Of a DNA stretch of 64,000 bases, positions 55,497 to 64,000 are shown one piece after another. Below the pieces are notes generated by a model. That model was not told where the DNA came from. It did not search any database and saw only the letters and a program-made list of their open reading frames with translations. The stretch's first letter is position 1, and each line of letters begins with the position of its first letter. Position numbers and translations under genes: made by a program. The stretch comes from Candidatus Gugararchaeum adminiculabundum (GTDB lineage Archaea; Micrarchaeota; Micrarchaeia; Burarchaeales; Gugararchaeaceae), in NCBI GenBank assembly GCA_902384795.1, contig CABMDC010000001.1:79429-143428 (forward strand). Reading direction: 5' to 3'.

Positions 55497-57299
55497 TTGA
55501 TTAGCGTGCAAACGCGCAAACTTCTTTTCTTTTCTTTTTTCTTTCTATTTTTCCTAGCCCAATTTTCATCAACCGAATCAGTTTCAACTCAGACCTATTT
55601 CCGCTCCGTTGACCTCCACCCGCGCATTTCAATCATCGCTTTCACCGTAATCCCTTCCAGCATTAACAAGGGCGGCAGCGGAGACCTGGCAGTGACCTTC
55701 AGGAACACGGGAGGCTCGGTTGCCGCCGCAACCGCAACAGCGCAGATTTTTGACGGCTCGGGCAATCTTCTGCAGACACTGGAATTCTCGGAAATAGAAG
55801 TTCCTCCCGGCCCATCCATAGTGGCAATGAAATCATTTTCTGTAGGCAGTTCGCCTGTGGGCATTTACCGCGTGTTTGTGAACGCAACCTATGGCGAGGA
55901 AAACATTACCAACACCCCGGACACTTCATTTACAGTGGTCACCCCTGTTTCAGAAATAGTGCCCCCTGAATCCACCACCGGCCTTCCAACTCCCATCGTC
56001 CCGCCCGGCTCGCTTCCGCCTGCAATCACTCCCATCAAGGGTGACATCAGCATGGTGAAAAGCATAGTGCGCAGCGACATTGTGCTGGGCCAGGGAACGG
56101 TTTCCAGCATCTCCATGAAAAACGTGGGCGATTCGGCTGCGAGGATCTCATTTGAAATTTCAGGTATAAGCAGCAGCTGGCTTGTGGAAAAGCCCAAGGA
56201 CACAATTGTCCTTCCGCAGGAAACGCGCGTGGTCAACCTCCCGTTTTCCATTCCGGCGAACGCTCCAACCGGGGATTATCTGGTGAAAATAAAAGTCACC
56301 TCCAAGCCCACAACAACCTCCGTTTCAGGAAGCAATGGAAACGGAGTCAAGGGAAATGGCGGCCCGTCAATTCTTTTGCTTGACAGCGCAGGCGCAGCGC
56401 AGTCCGAAAGCACCGACTACATCCTGCTGCGCGTGAAGAACGCGCCGGCCCCTACTGACAAGCCCTATGTGCTCCGCACCCTGAGCACCGATTCGGTCAC
56501 CGGCAAAACCACGGTCACGCTCATCATCCGAAACCCGTCAGCTTCGGTTTACAAAAACCTGCTCGTTTCAGAATTAATCCCGCGCGAACTCGCCCTGGAC
56601 TCATCAAAAATTTCCTTCAGCGACAAGCAGGGCGTTGTTTCAGACACCGGCAAGGGAGTCGAGGTAAACTGGCTCATTGACCTGAATGCCAACGATGAAT
56701 TGAGAATCACCTACTCCATTTCCAGCGTGCTTTCGGAATATTCGGTCTACTATGACTGGCAGCTGAACACCCTTGCCACGGAACAGAAAACCGCGCTCGA
56801 GGATTTGCTTTCCGTTGTGCAGATTGAGAGCGAGCAAATTTCCGCAGGGGGCGTTGGAAAAATCCATGCAGTGGTCCTTTACACTGGCGACACTCCTGTG
56901 CCCATAACCGCGTTCCTGGAAGTTCCCAGCGGGTTCGGCTCCAAGCCCCAGTCCCTTGTGCGCACGCTCCCCGCGCGCAGCTACAGCGACCTGGATTTTG
57001 AAATCCAGACTCCTGAGAATTCCGGCGGCTCGTCTTCGGTGAACCTGGTAATCCTGAGCGGAAGCACGCAATTGCGCGCAACCACCCCGGTGATAATCTC
57101 CTCCCCGCACCCGGCCACTGGCGGAATCGACATTTCAAAAATCGGAGTGATCATCGCGGCAGTCATCGCTGCCATAGTCCTGTTTTTCGGCCTGAAATTC
57201 GTGCGCTCAAGCCTCGACCGCTCGCGCTACAGCAATGATAGGGTTAAAAATCTCATGCAGTTTAAACGCATGATAGACATTGATACCGAGAAAAAATAG
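55497..57299 (+). CDS. Cell-surface protein with CARDB-like beta-sandwich repeats, a Pro/Thr linker and a C-terminal TM anchor (600 aa)
   Basis: N-terminal signal. Ig-like repeats. PPESTTGLPTPIVPPGSLPP linker. C-terminal TM segment IGVIIAAVIAAIVLFFGLKFV followed by a basic tail. Confidence 0.7.
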   Translation: MISVQTRKLLFFSFFFLFFLAQFSSTESVSTQTYFRSVDLHPRISIIAFTVIPSSINKGGSGDLAVTFRNTGGSVAAATATAQIFDGSGNLLQTLEFSEIEVPPGPSIVAMKSFSVGSSPVGIYRVFVNATYGEENITNTPDTSFTVVTPVSEIVPPESTTGLPTPIVPPGSLPPAITPIKGDISMVKSIVRSDIVLGQGTVSSISMKNVGDSAARISFEISGISSSWLVEKPKDTIVLPQETRVVNLPFSIPANAPTGDYLVKIKVTSKPTTTSVSGSNGNGVKGNGGPSILLLDSAGAAQSESTDYILLRVKNAPAPTDKPYVLRTLSTDSVTGKTTVTLIIRNPSASVYKNLLVSELIPRELALDSSKISFSDKQGVVSDTGKGVEVNWLIDLNANDELRITYSISSVLSEYSVYYDWQLNTLATEQKTALEDLLSVVQIESEQISAGGVGKIHAVVLYTGDTPVPITAFLEVPSGFGSKPQSLVRTLPARSYSDLDFEIQTPENSGGSSSVNLVILSGSTQLRATTPVIISSPHPATGGIDISKIGVIIAAVIAAIVLFFGLKFVRSSLDRSRYSNDRVKNLMQFKRMIDIDTEKK

Positions 57300-57323
57300 C
57301 GAATACTGCGCGGGCGTGTTAAG

Positions 57324-58106
57324 ATGCGTGAAAAGAGGGTTGTCGGAATAGTTTCAGGCAAGGGCGGGGTAGGCAAGAGCACCATTTCCGTGAATCTCAG
57401 CGCCCTGATGAGCGAGCACAATTTGAGCATCCTTCTCATAGACTCGGACATCGGCAACCCCTGCGTGGGCGTGCACCTGGGAATCTGGCAGCACACCGCA
57501 GGCCTGCAGGACGCGCTCGCAGGAAAGGCGAAGCCCGAGCAGCTGATAATCTCACACCCGGCCACGGGCATCCGCGTTCTTCCCGCTTCATTGCAATACA
57601 AGCATGCGAGCATGGATAACCTCAAGGACATAGTTTCCAAAATAGAGGGATTTGAAATCATAGTCATAGATTCGCCGCCCGGGATCACCGAGGAGGTGGA
57701 AGCCATAATCGACGCCTGCACAGACCTGGTGGTTGTCACCACCGCGGACCTGCCCAGCGTTTCCTCGGCCACCAAGATTGTGGAGCTCGCGCGCGGAAAG
57801 AACAAGCATGTAATCGGCATCGCGCTCAACCGCGTGATAAGCAAGAAATACGAGCTTCATCCGCGCGAAATAGAGGCCATGACCGACTGCCGCCTGCTGA
57901 CCATAATCCCCGAGGACCGCGCGGTCCCTGAAAGCATAGGCGCCGGCATCCCCCTGGTCCTCTACCGGAGAAGCAGCGACGCATCCCTGAAAATGGTCGA
58001 GCTGGCGGGCCAGGTTTCAGCCTATTGCGGCATCCGCGAGGGCTATTCCCAGATGGGCATAATCCAGCGCCTGCTCCTCGCCATCCGGAGAATCCTACCG
58101 ATTTAA
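57324..58106 (+). CDS. MinD/ParA-family ATPase
   Basis: Deviant Walker A GKGGVGKST. DSPPG Walker B. 260 aa, typical archaeal MinD-like. Confidence 0.85.
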   Translation: MREKRVVGIVSGKGGVGKSTISVNLSALMSEHNLSILLIDSDIGNPCVGVHLGIWQHTAGLQDALAGKAKPEQLIISHPATGIRVLPASLQYKHASMDNLKDIVSKIEGFEIIVIDSPPGITEEVEAIIDACTDLVVVTTADLPSVSSATKIVELARGKNKHVIGIALNRVISKKYELHPREIEAMTDCRLLTIIPEDRAVPESIGAGIPLVLYRRSSDASLKMVELAGQVSAYCGIREGYSQMGIIQRLLLAIRRILPI

Positions 58107-58138
58107 ATATATCAAGTGCGCAATAGTAGTACTAGTAA

Positions 58139-58516
58139 TTGGAAAGTTGTGGTTTTATGGTTTCGTTCGAGGATGTCAAACTGTATTCCTTTGCAGCGCT
58201 GCTGGCGCTCGAAGCAATGGTGATCACCTGCGCGGCATTCCTGGCAATCCTTTCGCTCACATCCCCGGCTGATTTTGCGTCCGTTTCCTCGTCCCTTAAA
58301 TTCTCGGCCCTGGGAATCCAGCCCTCGGTTTCAGGGCAGGAGGCGCCTCCGGAAACTTTCCTGGCAGAAACCAAAATCATAACCAAGGATCAAAACGGCA
58401 CCGACCAGCTCTCGCTCAGGAACGACATTTACTGCAAAACCGGCCCCTCGGCCTATTCCCTGTGCGGCTACGACTGCCCGAGTGCGGACCTCGCCTCCTG
58501 CTCCGAGAGAAAATAA
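58139..58516 (+). CDS. Small membrane/secreted protein (125 aa) with a Cys-containing C-terminus
   Basis: Hydrophobic N-terminal segment. Weak evidence. Confidence 0.4.
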   Translation: MESCGFMVSFEDVKLYSFAALLALEAMVITCAAFLAILSLTSPADFASVSSSLKFSALGIQPSVSGQEAPPETFLAETKIITKDQNGTDQLSLRNDIYCKTGPSAYSLCGYDCPSADLASCSERK

Positions 58517-58627
58517 GGGGCAAAATAGGCACAATTCTCCATTTTACGCACTAACTCTCAATCAATAACTTTTATATACACCCCCATCATAAATAACACA
58601 GTTCTAAATAATGTTTTACACTGGGAG

Positions 58628-60325
58628 GTGTATCCAATGAAATTTTTTGCAGCCCGAACTCCGAATACTACCAATCAAAATGCCGCAACCGCGCAGCAAA
58701 GGAACAAATTCCTCACCGTAGCATTGCTTAGCGCATCCATTGTTGCAACATCCGCCACCTCCGCCTTTGCAGCAAACGTATACAAGAAGTTCAAGCAGGC
58801 AAAGAACGGGGATGAAATAGTTTTGACTTACAAGGGCGCAAACAACAAAACCCGAACCCGCAGGGGCATCATTGAAAACATGTATGAAAAGAAAGGCAAG
58901 GACGGGAAGCCTTATTTTGGATGCTATCTCACAGTGGCAGAAGGGAAAATCGAAGTGACCGGTTCCAAGATGCAAAACCTCAAGATTATCCCCAATGTAA
59001 TCCCTTCCAAGCCAATATTTGTCAAGCTGCCAGGGGCAAAATCCAAGGACTGCCCCTGCCCGAAATCAAAGGCAAAGCCGAAGCAGGCGCACAAGAAAGT
59101 GCAGCCCAAGGCAAAACCCAAGGAACAACCAAAGCAACTGGCAAAAGCGAAACCAAAAGAGCCGGAAAAAAAGGACAAGCCCAAGGACAAGGAACCCAAG
59201 CTAGGAAAAACATTCGGGCCTGAGCTGCCGAAAGAGCCGGCGCCAGAAGCAAAGCAGAAGCAAAAACCTGCAAAGGAAAAATCAAAAGTTAAACCAGTCG
59301 AAAAACCCCCTGAAGAAGAAAAGGGATTGCCACTAAAACTCTCCCCCGCCCCTGAGGAAGAAAAACAATCAAAGGACAAGCCCAAGGGCAAGGAAAAGAA
59401 AGTGGCGCAAAAACCAACAAAGGAAAAGCCTGCGCACAAAAAAGGCCCGGTTGCCGCAATTGACATACGGGCCGATTCTTCCGAAAGCAACGGCGTTGGC
59501 GGAAGAGTGAACTTCAGCACCAAGAACTTTATCGGCGGACTCTCCGCCAGGGTGGCGCGAAGTTTTGACGTAATGTTCTCGCACCGCGTGCGCAAGACCA
59601 CGGGCACAGGAATAGACGGCGTGAATCCACGTCCGGTTGAAACAGAGGCGGCCGATACCACTATCGGGGGCGTTAGATGGTTCAATGAAAGATTCGCCTG
59701 GCTCAAAGTCGGCCTAAGAGACACCGTGACCACTGTCAGCGGAAAAGGGCGCTCAGAAACAGCGCAATCCACCTATTTCGAAGCAGGCGCGGAAACGCCC
59801 AAGCACAAAGTTAGGGTCAACAACAAGGGTGAAAGTGAAATAGAAATCAGCGGGCAAAGGAAGAGCTACACCGCCGTAGCCGGCGCATCCACCGAGGAAG
59901 ACAAATTCGAGCCGGTAGACCTGGGCAAAAAAGTCAATCCTGACAACGCATCCAAACGCAAGGCGAAATCAAGGTATTTTGGAGTTTCCAAGCGAGTGAC
60001 CAAAAAAACAGAAATCGGCATGAGGGGCGAGCAAGGGGTAGACAAAGTATCCAACTGGCCCAAGACAAAGGAAATAAGGACCAAGACCCGCTCCCTGGTC
60101 GCCACGGTGCGCAGGACCTTTGGAAGAACCACTGTTACGGCCGAAGTCGGCAGGGTCCACGGAGAGGACAGCATTGGCAATGGCCCGGGAGAAAAATTTG
60201 GCTACCAGAAAGCCGGAGTTGGCATAAGCAGGGAAATCGGAAACAAGGGCGCTTCCCTTGAGTTCCAGTACAACAAAAGCGGCCAGGACGAATATATCTA
60301 CGGTGGCGTAAAGTTCGTCAAATAA
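58628..60325 (+). CDS. Secreted protein with a long Lys/Pro-rich (KPK/EPK) spacer and a C-terminal beta-strand-rich domain of about 260 aa (565 aa)
   Basis: Hydrophobic segment LTVALLSASIVATSATSAFA. About 120 aa of KPKxxPK repeats. A C-terminal domain with alternating hydrophobic pattern ending YIYGGVKFVK. Confidence 0.65.
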   Translation: MYPMKFFAARTPNTTNQNAATAQQRNKFLTVALLSASIVATSATSAFAANVYKKFKQAKNGDEIVLTYKGANNKTRTRRGIIENMYEKKGKDGKPYFGCYLTVAEGKIEVTGSKMQNLKIIPNVIPSKPIFVKLPGAKSKDCPCPKSKAKPKQAHKKVQPKAKPKEQPKQLAKAKPKEPEKKDKPKDKEPKLGKTFGPELPKEPAPEAKQKQKPAKEKSKVKPVEKPPEEEKGLPLKLSPAPEEEKQSKDKPKGKEKKVAQKPTKEKPAHKKGPVAAIDIRADSSESNGVGGRVNFSTKNFIGGLSARVARSFDVMFSHRVRKTTGTGIDGVNPRPVETEAADTTIGGVRWFNERFAWLKVGLRDTVTTVSGKGRSETAQSTYFEAGAETPKHKVRVNNKGESEIEISGQRKSYTAVAGASTEEDKFEPVDLGKKVNPDNASKRKAKSRYFGVSKRVTKKTEIGMRGEQGVDKVSNWPKTKEIRTKTRSLVATVRRTFGRTTVTAEVGRVHGEDSIGNGPGEKFGYQKAGVGISREIGNKGASLEFQYNKSGQDEYIYGGVKFVK

Positions 60326-60399
60326 ATCTCCAAACTGGTTGGGCTAGTCAGCTAGCCTTTCTTTTTTCTTTTTCATTTTTTTAGTAAAACGTTCGCGCG

Positions 60400-61045
60400 A
60401 AAACCAGCAACGCAAGCCGCCTTCAGGCGGTGGATGAAGCGCGAACATCTTTTTCTTTTTGAGCCAAATTAGTCTCTAGCGGCGGCGCGGGCGCCTTCGG
60501 CGCCCCATTAGTGTAATCACCGCCACTGGAGATGTAGAATATGTTTAGTGGAAACTTTGCAAATAATAAACATAGCGTTGGAATCAACGCCTTTCACCTT
60601 GAATGGTGCACAAAATACAGGTATAAACTGCTGCATGGAAGCATAGTGAACAGAGTCCTCAGGGAAAGCATCTGTGCGACCAGCCAGCAATACGGGATGC
60701 AAATACTTGCAATGGAGATAGGTTTTGACCACATCCACCTGTTTGTGAGCCTGCCATCAACTATGGCAGTTTCCACCGCCTTGCAACTTTTCAAGGGCAG
60801 AAGCTCAAGGGAAATTTTTGCAGCATGCCGCTCTTTCAGAGGTTTGTACCATAAAGGGCATTTTTGGTCAAGAGGAATTTTCTACCGCTCAGTCAGCAAT
60901 GTTTGTTCCAGTACTGTCTACAACTACATTTCGCAGCACAAAACCAGGGAGCTGCAGAATACAATCTACTCCGCGAAAAGTGAAGCTAGCCAGCTAAGTC
61001 TGTTGAATTTTTTCTAGGCGAAAACCCCCGCCTTTAGGCGGGGGT
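60400..61045 (+). mobile_element. IS200/IS605-family insertion sequence (tnpA only) with subterminal hairpins at both ends
   Basis: Left-end nested palindromes (gttcgcgc...gcgcgaac enclosing gccgcc-ttca-ggcgg, and gggcgcc-ttc-ggcgccc). Right-end hairpin cccccgcc-ttta-ggcggggg at 61025-61044. Encloses the 158-aa HuH transposase gene. About 650 bp, typical IS200 size. Confidence 0.65.
60541..61017 (+). CDS. tnpA: IS200/IS605 transposase TnpA (Y1 HuH)
   Basis: HSVGINAFHLEWCTKYRYKLL (YHxVWxxKYR-like). HuH motif FDHIHLFVSLP. Catalytic Tyr region VYNYISQHK. 158 aa. Confidence 0.8.
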   Translation: MFSGNFANNKHSVGINAFHLEWCTKYRYKLLHGSIVNRVLRESICATSQQYGMQILAMEIGFDHIHLFVSLPSTMAVSTALQLFKGRSSREIFAACRSFRGLYHKGHFWSRGIFYRSVSNVCSSTVYNYISQHKTRELQNTIYSAKSEASQLSLLNFF

Positions 61046-61077
61046 AATTTATATTCTTTTTCTCCTAAAATGATTGC

Positions 61078-62976
61078 ATGCGAATACTGACTGTGCACGC
61101 GGATTTCATCGAATTCGAGCCCCTGAAAAAGGCGGGCAAATTCGCCGAGGAAATCACGCCGGGCAAACGGCGCTTTGAGGAATGCCTAGTCGTATTCATG
61201 GCAGTGGAAAAAGGCGATGAGCAAATCGAAGCATCGGCCAAGCTAGGGGCAGATGAAATAGTCAAGGTATGCGAACAGGTGAAAACCAAAGCAATAGTCC
61301 TCTACCCTCTGGTCCATCTTACCTCCAATCCCTCGTCTATTGATGTGGCGCAAAAGGTCCTATTTGAAACGCAAAAGATTCTCGCCCATGCGGGCTACAA
61401 AACAGAGCACGCGCCCTTTGGCTGGTACAAATCCTATGACCTGAAATGCAAGGGGCACCCGCTTTCCGAGCTTTCTCGCGAACTGCATGCATCCGGAAAA
61501 GAGGAAGCAAAAACAGGCGAGAAAGGAAAAGAGACCACTGAAAAAACCGAAAAAATCATAGTCTCCGAATCTCTGAAAAAAGAATCAGAAATGAAAAGCA
61601 AATTTTATGTTCTTACTCCCTCCGGCGAATTAGTCGAACAGGAGAAATTCAAGTATGGAGATCACAAGGACCTCAAGAAGTTCGTTGACTATGAAGTGAA
61701 GAAGGTGCGCTCCTATTCCAGCGAGCCGCCCCACATCAAGCTGATGAAGGAGCACTCGCTCCTTGACTATGAGCCAGGAAGCGACAGCGGAAATTTCCGC
61801 TGGTATCCCAAGGGCAGGCTCATGAAAAAGCTGCTCGAAAACGCAATTACCAATATGTGCATCAGCTATGGCGCAGTGGAAGTCGAGACTCCGATAATGT
61901 ACGATTATCAGCACCCGGCGCTCAAAAAATACCTCAACCGTTTCCCCGCGCGCCAATACGTGGTTGAAAGCGATGACAAGAATTTCTTCCTAAGATTCTC
62001 GGCCTGCTTCGGCCAATTTTTGATTGCGCACGATGCGGTCATCTCCTACAAAATTCTCCCGCTCAAAATGTTCGAGCTCACCAAATATTCCTTCCGCCGC
62101 GAGCAGTCCGGGGAGCTTGCGGGCTTGAAGCGCCTGCGCGCATTCACCATGCCTGACATGCACACGCTCTGCTCGTCCGTTGATTCTGCGAAAACAGAGT
62201 TCGAGTCCCAGTTCAAGAAATCCATGGAATGGATGGACATGGTGCAGCTCACCTATGAGGCAGGCTTCAGGGTGCAGCGCTCGTTCTTTGATGAGAACCG
62301 CAAATGGTACGAATCACTGGTAAAGAAGCTCGGCAAGCCAATCATGCTCGAGTTATTCGAGGAGCGCTATGCCTATTTCATCACCAAATTCGAGTTCAAT
62401 TATGTTGATAATTTAGACAAGGCAAGCGCGCTTTCCACAGTGCAGATAGACGTGGAAAACTCCGAAACCTTTGACATCAATTATGTGAACGACACTGGCA
62501 GCAAAGTTCGCCCAACAATTTTGCACGCATCATTCTCGGGCAGCATTGAGCGCGTGATTTACGCCCTGCTGGAAAAAGAGGCAATGAAAATAAAGCAGGG
62601 GAAAAAGGCAATGTTCCCAGTCTGGCTCTCGCCCACCCAGATCCGCATAATTCCGATTTCAGATGCGCACACTGACAAGTGTTTAGGGCTCGCAGCCGAG
62701 CTCGGCAAATTCCGCTGTAGGGTTGATGTGGATGACCGGCAGGAGACTTTGCAAAAGAGAATTCGTGATGCAGAGCTCGAATGGATTCCCTTTACCGCGG
62801 TAGTCGGGGATAGGGAAGCCGAGTCAGGCAAGCTCGCAGTCACCATCCGCTCCACTGGCGAAAAGAAGCAATTCTCAGTTGAAGAGCTTAGCAAATTAGT
62901 GGAAAAGGAAAACGCAGGCAAGCCGTTCGAGCCCCTTTCGTTGCCCCAGAAGCTGAGCAAGCGGCCGATAATCTAA
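61078..62976 (+). CDS. thrS: Threonyl-tRNA synthetase, archaeal type with an N-terminal D-aminoacyl-tRNA-deacylase-like editing domain
   Basis: N-terminus MRILTVHADFIEFEP...CKGHPLSELSRE (archaeal ThrRS editing domain). Class II motif 2 FRREQSGELAGLKRLRAFTMPDMH. C-terminal anticodon-binding domain. TATA aatttatatt is 27 bp upstream, so leaderless. Confidence 0.9.
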   Translation: MRILTVHADFIEFEPLKKAGKFAEEITPGKRRFEECLVVFMAVEKGDEQIEASAKLGADEIVKVCEQVKTKAIVLYPLVHLTSNPSSIDVAQKVLFETQKILAHAGYKTEHAPFGWYKSYDLKCKGHPLSELSRELHASGKEEAKTGEKGKETTEKTEKIIVSESLKKESEMKSKFYVLTPSGELVEQEKFKYGDHKDLKKFVDYEVKKVRSYSSEPPHIKLMKEHSLLDYEPGSDSGNFRWYPKGRLMKKLLENAITNMCISYGAVEVETPIMYDYQHPALKKYLNRFPARQYVVESDDKNFFLRFSACFGQFLIAHDAVISYKILPLKMFELTKYSFRREQSGELAGLKRLRAFTMPDMHTLCSSVDSAKTEFESQFKKSMEWMDMVQLTYEAGFRVQRSFFDENRKWYESLVKKLGKPIMLELFEERYAYFITKFEFNYVDNLDKASALSTVQIDVENSETFDINYVNDTGSKVRPTILHASFSGSIERVIYALLEKEAMKIKQGKKAMFPVWLSPTQIRIIPISDAHTDKCLGLAAELGKFRCRVDVDDRQETLQKRIRDAELEWIPFTAVVGDREAESGKLAVTIRSTGEKKQFSVEELSKLVEKENAGKPFEPLSLPQKLSKRPII

Positions 62977-63039
62977 TGCCATCATTCCGTTCAGCCAATC
63001 CTGGCTAATTATATAAACCACCTCTTCCAATAACTCTTT

Positions 63040-64000
63040 GTGGGAGAAAGATCAGCTCTTCTGGCAATAGTTCTGCTCCTGTTTTCAATACCTTTCACGC
63101 TGGCTTCCACCCAGGTTCTTTCCCTGCAAAAATCAGGCGAAAATTACCTTCTTCTAGCCTCTTTTGACTCTTCATCTCCCGCAACCCTGGAGCTCACCAA
63201 TGGCAGCATCTATTCACTCACCCGTGGGAAAACCGGCCTCCTCCGCCCCATCGGTCTCTCCTTTTCGCTCACCAGCTCCTCCTGCTCCAATCAATTATCT
63301 GACTCAGGGCAAAGCGTTTACCAGCTTTCCCGCACCACTGTAAGCAACGATGAATGCTGGTGCGGAAACAAGGATTCCTACTTCTGCGCAAACGTGAATC
63401 ACGCGCGGAGCTCATACGGCGATCCGCTTTCCTGCAATCGCATTTTAGACAGCAGGATCCAGCGCTATACTTACGTGTACATTTTCAGGGCAAGCAGCAA
63501 GGTGTTTTCCATCAAGTCAGCCGCATCCCAAGCCACCCCTACCTATTCACTTTCACTTTCGCTCATGGACACTTCCTCTTCATCCATTCAGCTTAATTCC
63601 ACTGATGCGAAAAGCTTCTCTTCAACTGCGAGCGCCAGGCTGGTTTCCAACCCGAATATTGATTGCAGCAGCCAGAATTTTGGCCCGCTGTTAACCTCGC
63701 CCAATGGCGAAACCGCTGAATACAGCCAGCCTTACCTGCTTGCCTACAATGTTTCCTACAACCAATACCTCTCCTCGCCATCACTCGCTTCGCTCGATTC
63801 AGCAATAACTTCTTTCACGCAGCTCACAGCAACCAAATTAACCAACTCCGGCTATTCCCCAACTTCCATTTCCCGCCCTTCCTCCTCTCCCCCTCAATTC
63901 GACCCGATCGAATTCACCTTCAGCGGCGATCCATTCTACGATATTCCCGCCGCCTCCCGGCCAAGCACCAACCTAACAATTCTAACCCAGGGAAACCTCT
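63040..64000 (+). CDS. Secreted Ser/Thr-rich protein, GTG start, 3'-truncated by the window end. Not in the ORF track.
   Basis: Frame 1 is open from the TAA at 63031-63033 to the window end (over 320 codons). GTG at 63040 gives the signal peptide VGERSALLAIVLLLFSIPFTLAST. TATA ttatataa at 63009-63016 lies 27 bp upstream, the leaderless geometry. Many N-x-S/T sequons and a CWCGNKDSYFC motif. Confidence 0.5.
   Translation, partial: MGERSALLAIVLLLFSIPFTLASTQVLSLQKSGENYLLLASFDSSSPATLELTNGSIYSLTRGKTGLLRPIGLSFSLTSSSCSNQLSDSGQSVYQLSRTTVSNDECWCGNKDSYFCANVNHARSSYGDPLSCNRILDSRIQRYTYVYIFRASSKVFSIKSAASQATPTYSLSLSLMDTSSSSIQLNSTDAKSFSSTASARLVSNPNIDCSSQNFGPLLTSPNGETAEYSQPYLLAYNVSYNQYLSSPSLASLDSAITSFTQLTATKLTNSGYSPTSISRPSSSPPQFDPIEFTFSGDPFYDIPAASRPSTNLTILTQGNL

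Noticed and set aside
58628-60325. Confident call of an outer-membrane beta-barrel porin
   Set aside because: Only a periodicity impression is available. The terminal residues (FVK) are not a canonical OMP C-terminal signature, and archaea generally lack outer membranes. It is kept as a hypothesis in findings.
63354-63596. 80-aa + ORF from the track
   Set aside because: It lies in a different frame within the longer GTG-start signal-peptide ORF that is open to the window end.

Overview
This is an archaeal chromosomal window, shown by archaea-specific genes (S4e, L32e, L19e, L18e, aIF1/SUI1, Rpp29, RpoD/RpoN, Cbf5, archaeal-type Adk and ThrRS). GC is roughly 50%. Within operons, genes usually carry a Shine-Dalgarno of the form GGTGA(N5-9)ATG, and operon-first genes look leaderless with a TATA box about 26 bp upstream.

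Bases 1-26600 are a conserved core. It holds a Trm5-like tRNA methyltransferase and the ScpA/ScpB condensin pair. These are followed by the r-protein supercluster L3-L4-L23-L2-S19-L22-S3-L29-aIF1-Rpp29-S17-L14-L24-S4e-L5-S14-S8-L6-L32e-L19e-L18-S5-L30-L15-SecY-Adk-DUF106-Cmk-Cbf5. The cluster continues tRNA-Ser(GGA)-S13-S4-S11-RpoD-tRNA-Leu(GAG)-L18e-L13-S9-RpoN-tRNA-Pro(GGG)-S2. Many of these proteins carry unusual Lys/Ala/Pro-rich or RGG low-complexity tails.

Bases 26600-64000 are an accessory, surface-oriented region:
- a Cys-rich tandem-repeat lipoprotein co-transcribed with a KaiC/RecA-like ATPase;
- a restriction-modification-like module: a 691-aa candidate PD-(D/E)xK protein convergent on and overlapping a Dam-like alpha MTase plus a beta-class MTase;
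- LeuRS;
- an array of six tandem paralogous polytopic membrane proteins of an unrecognised family. These share the motifs AWAKNE, FLPxGxxLRxFxxTRxxGxxLIAxAI and a C-terminal LTxLI, and are separated by purine-only spacers. The array is the most striking feature of the window;
- two small membrane-protein genes with duplicated leaders;
- RtcB;
- a 1917-aa secreted giant protein with FG-GAP/integrin-like DxDxDG repeats and an internal duplication;
- further secreted proteins, lipoproteins and a CARDB-like membrane-anchored protein;
- a MinD-like ATPase;
- a K/P-rich secreted protein with a beta-rich C-terminal domain;
- a solo IS200/IS605 tnpA with terminal hairpins;
- ThrRS;
- a 3'-truncated GTG-start Ser-rich secreted protein that is not in the ORF track.

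No CRISPR array and no rRNA were seen.
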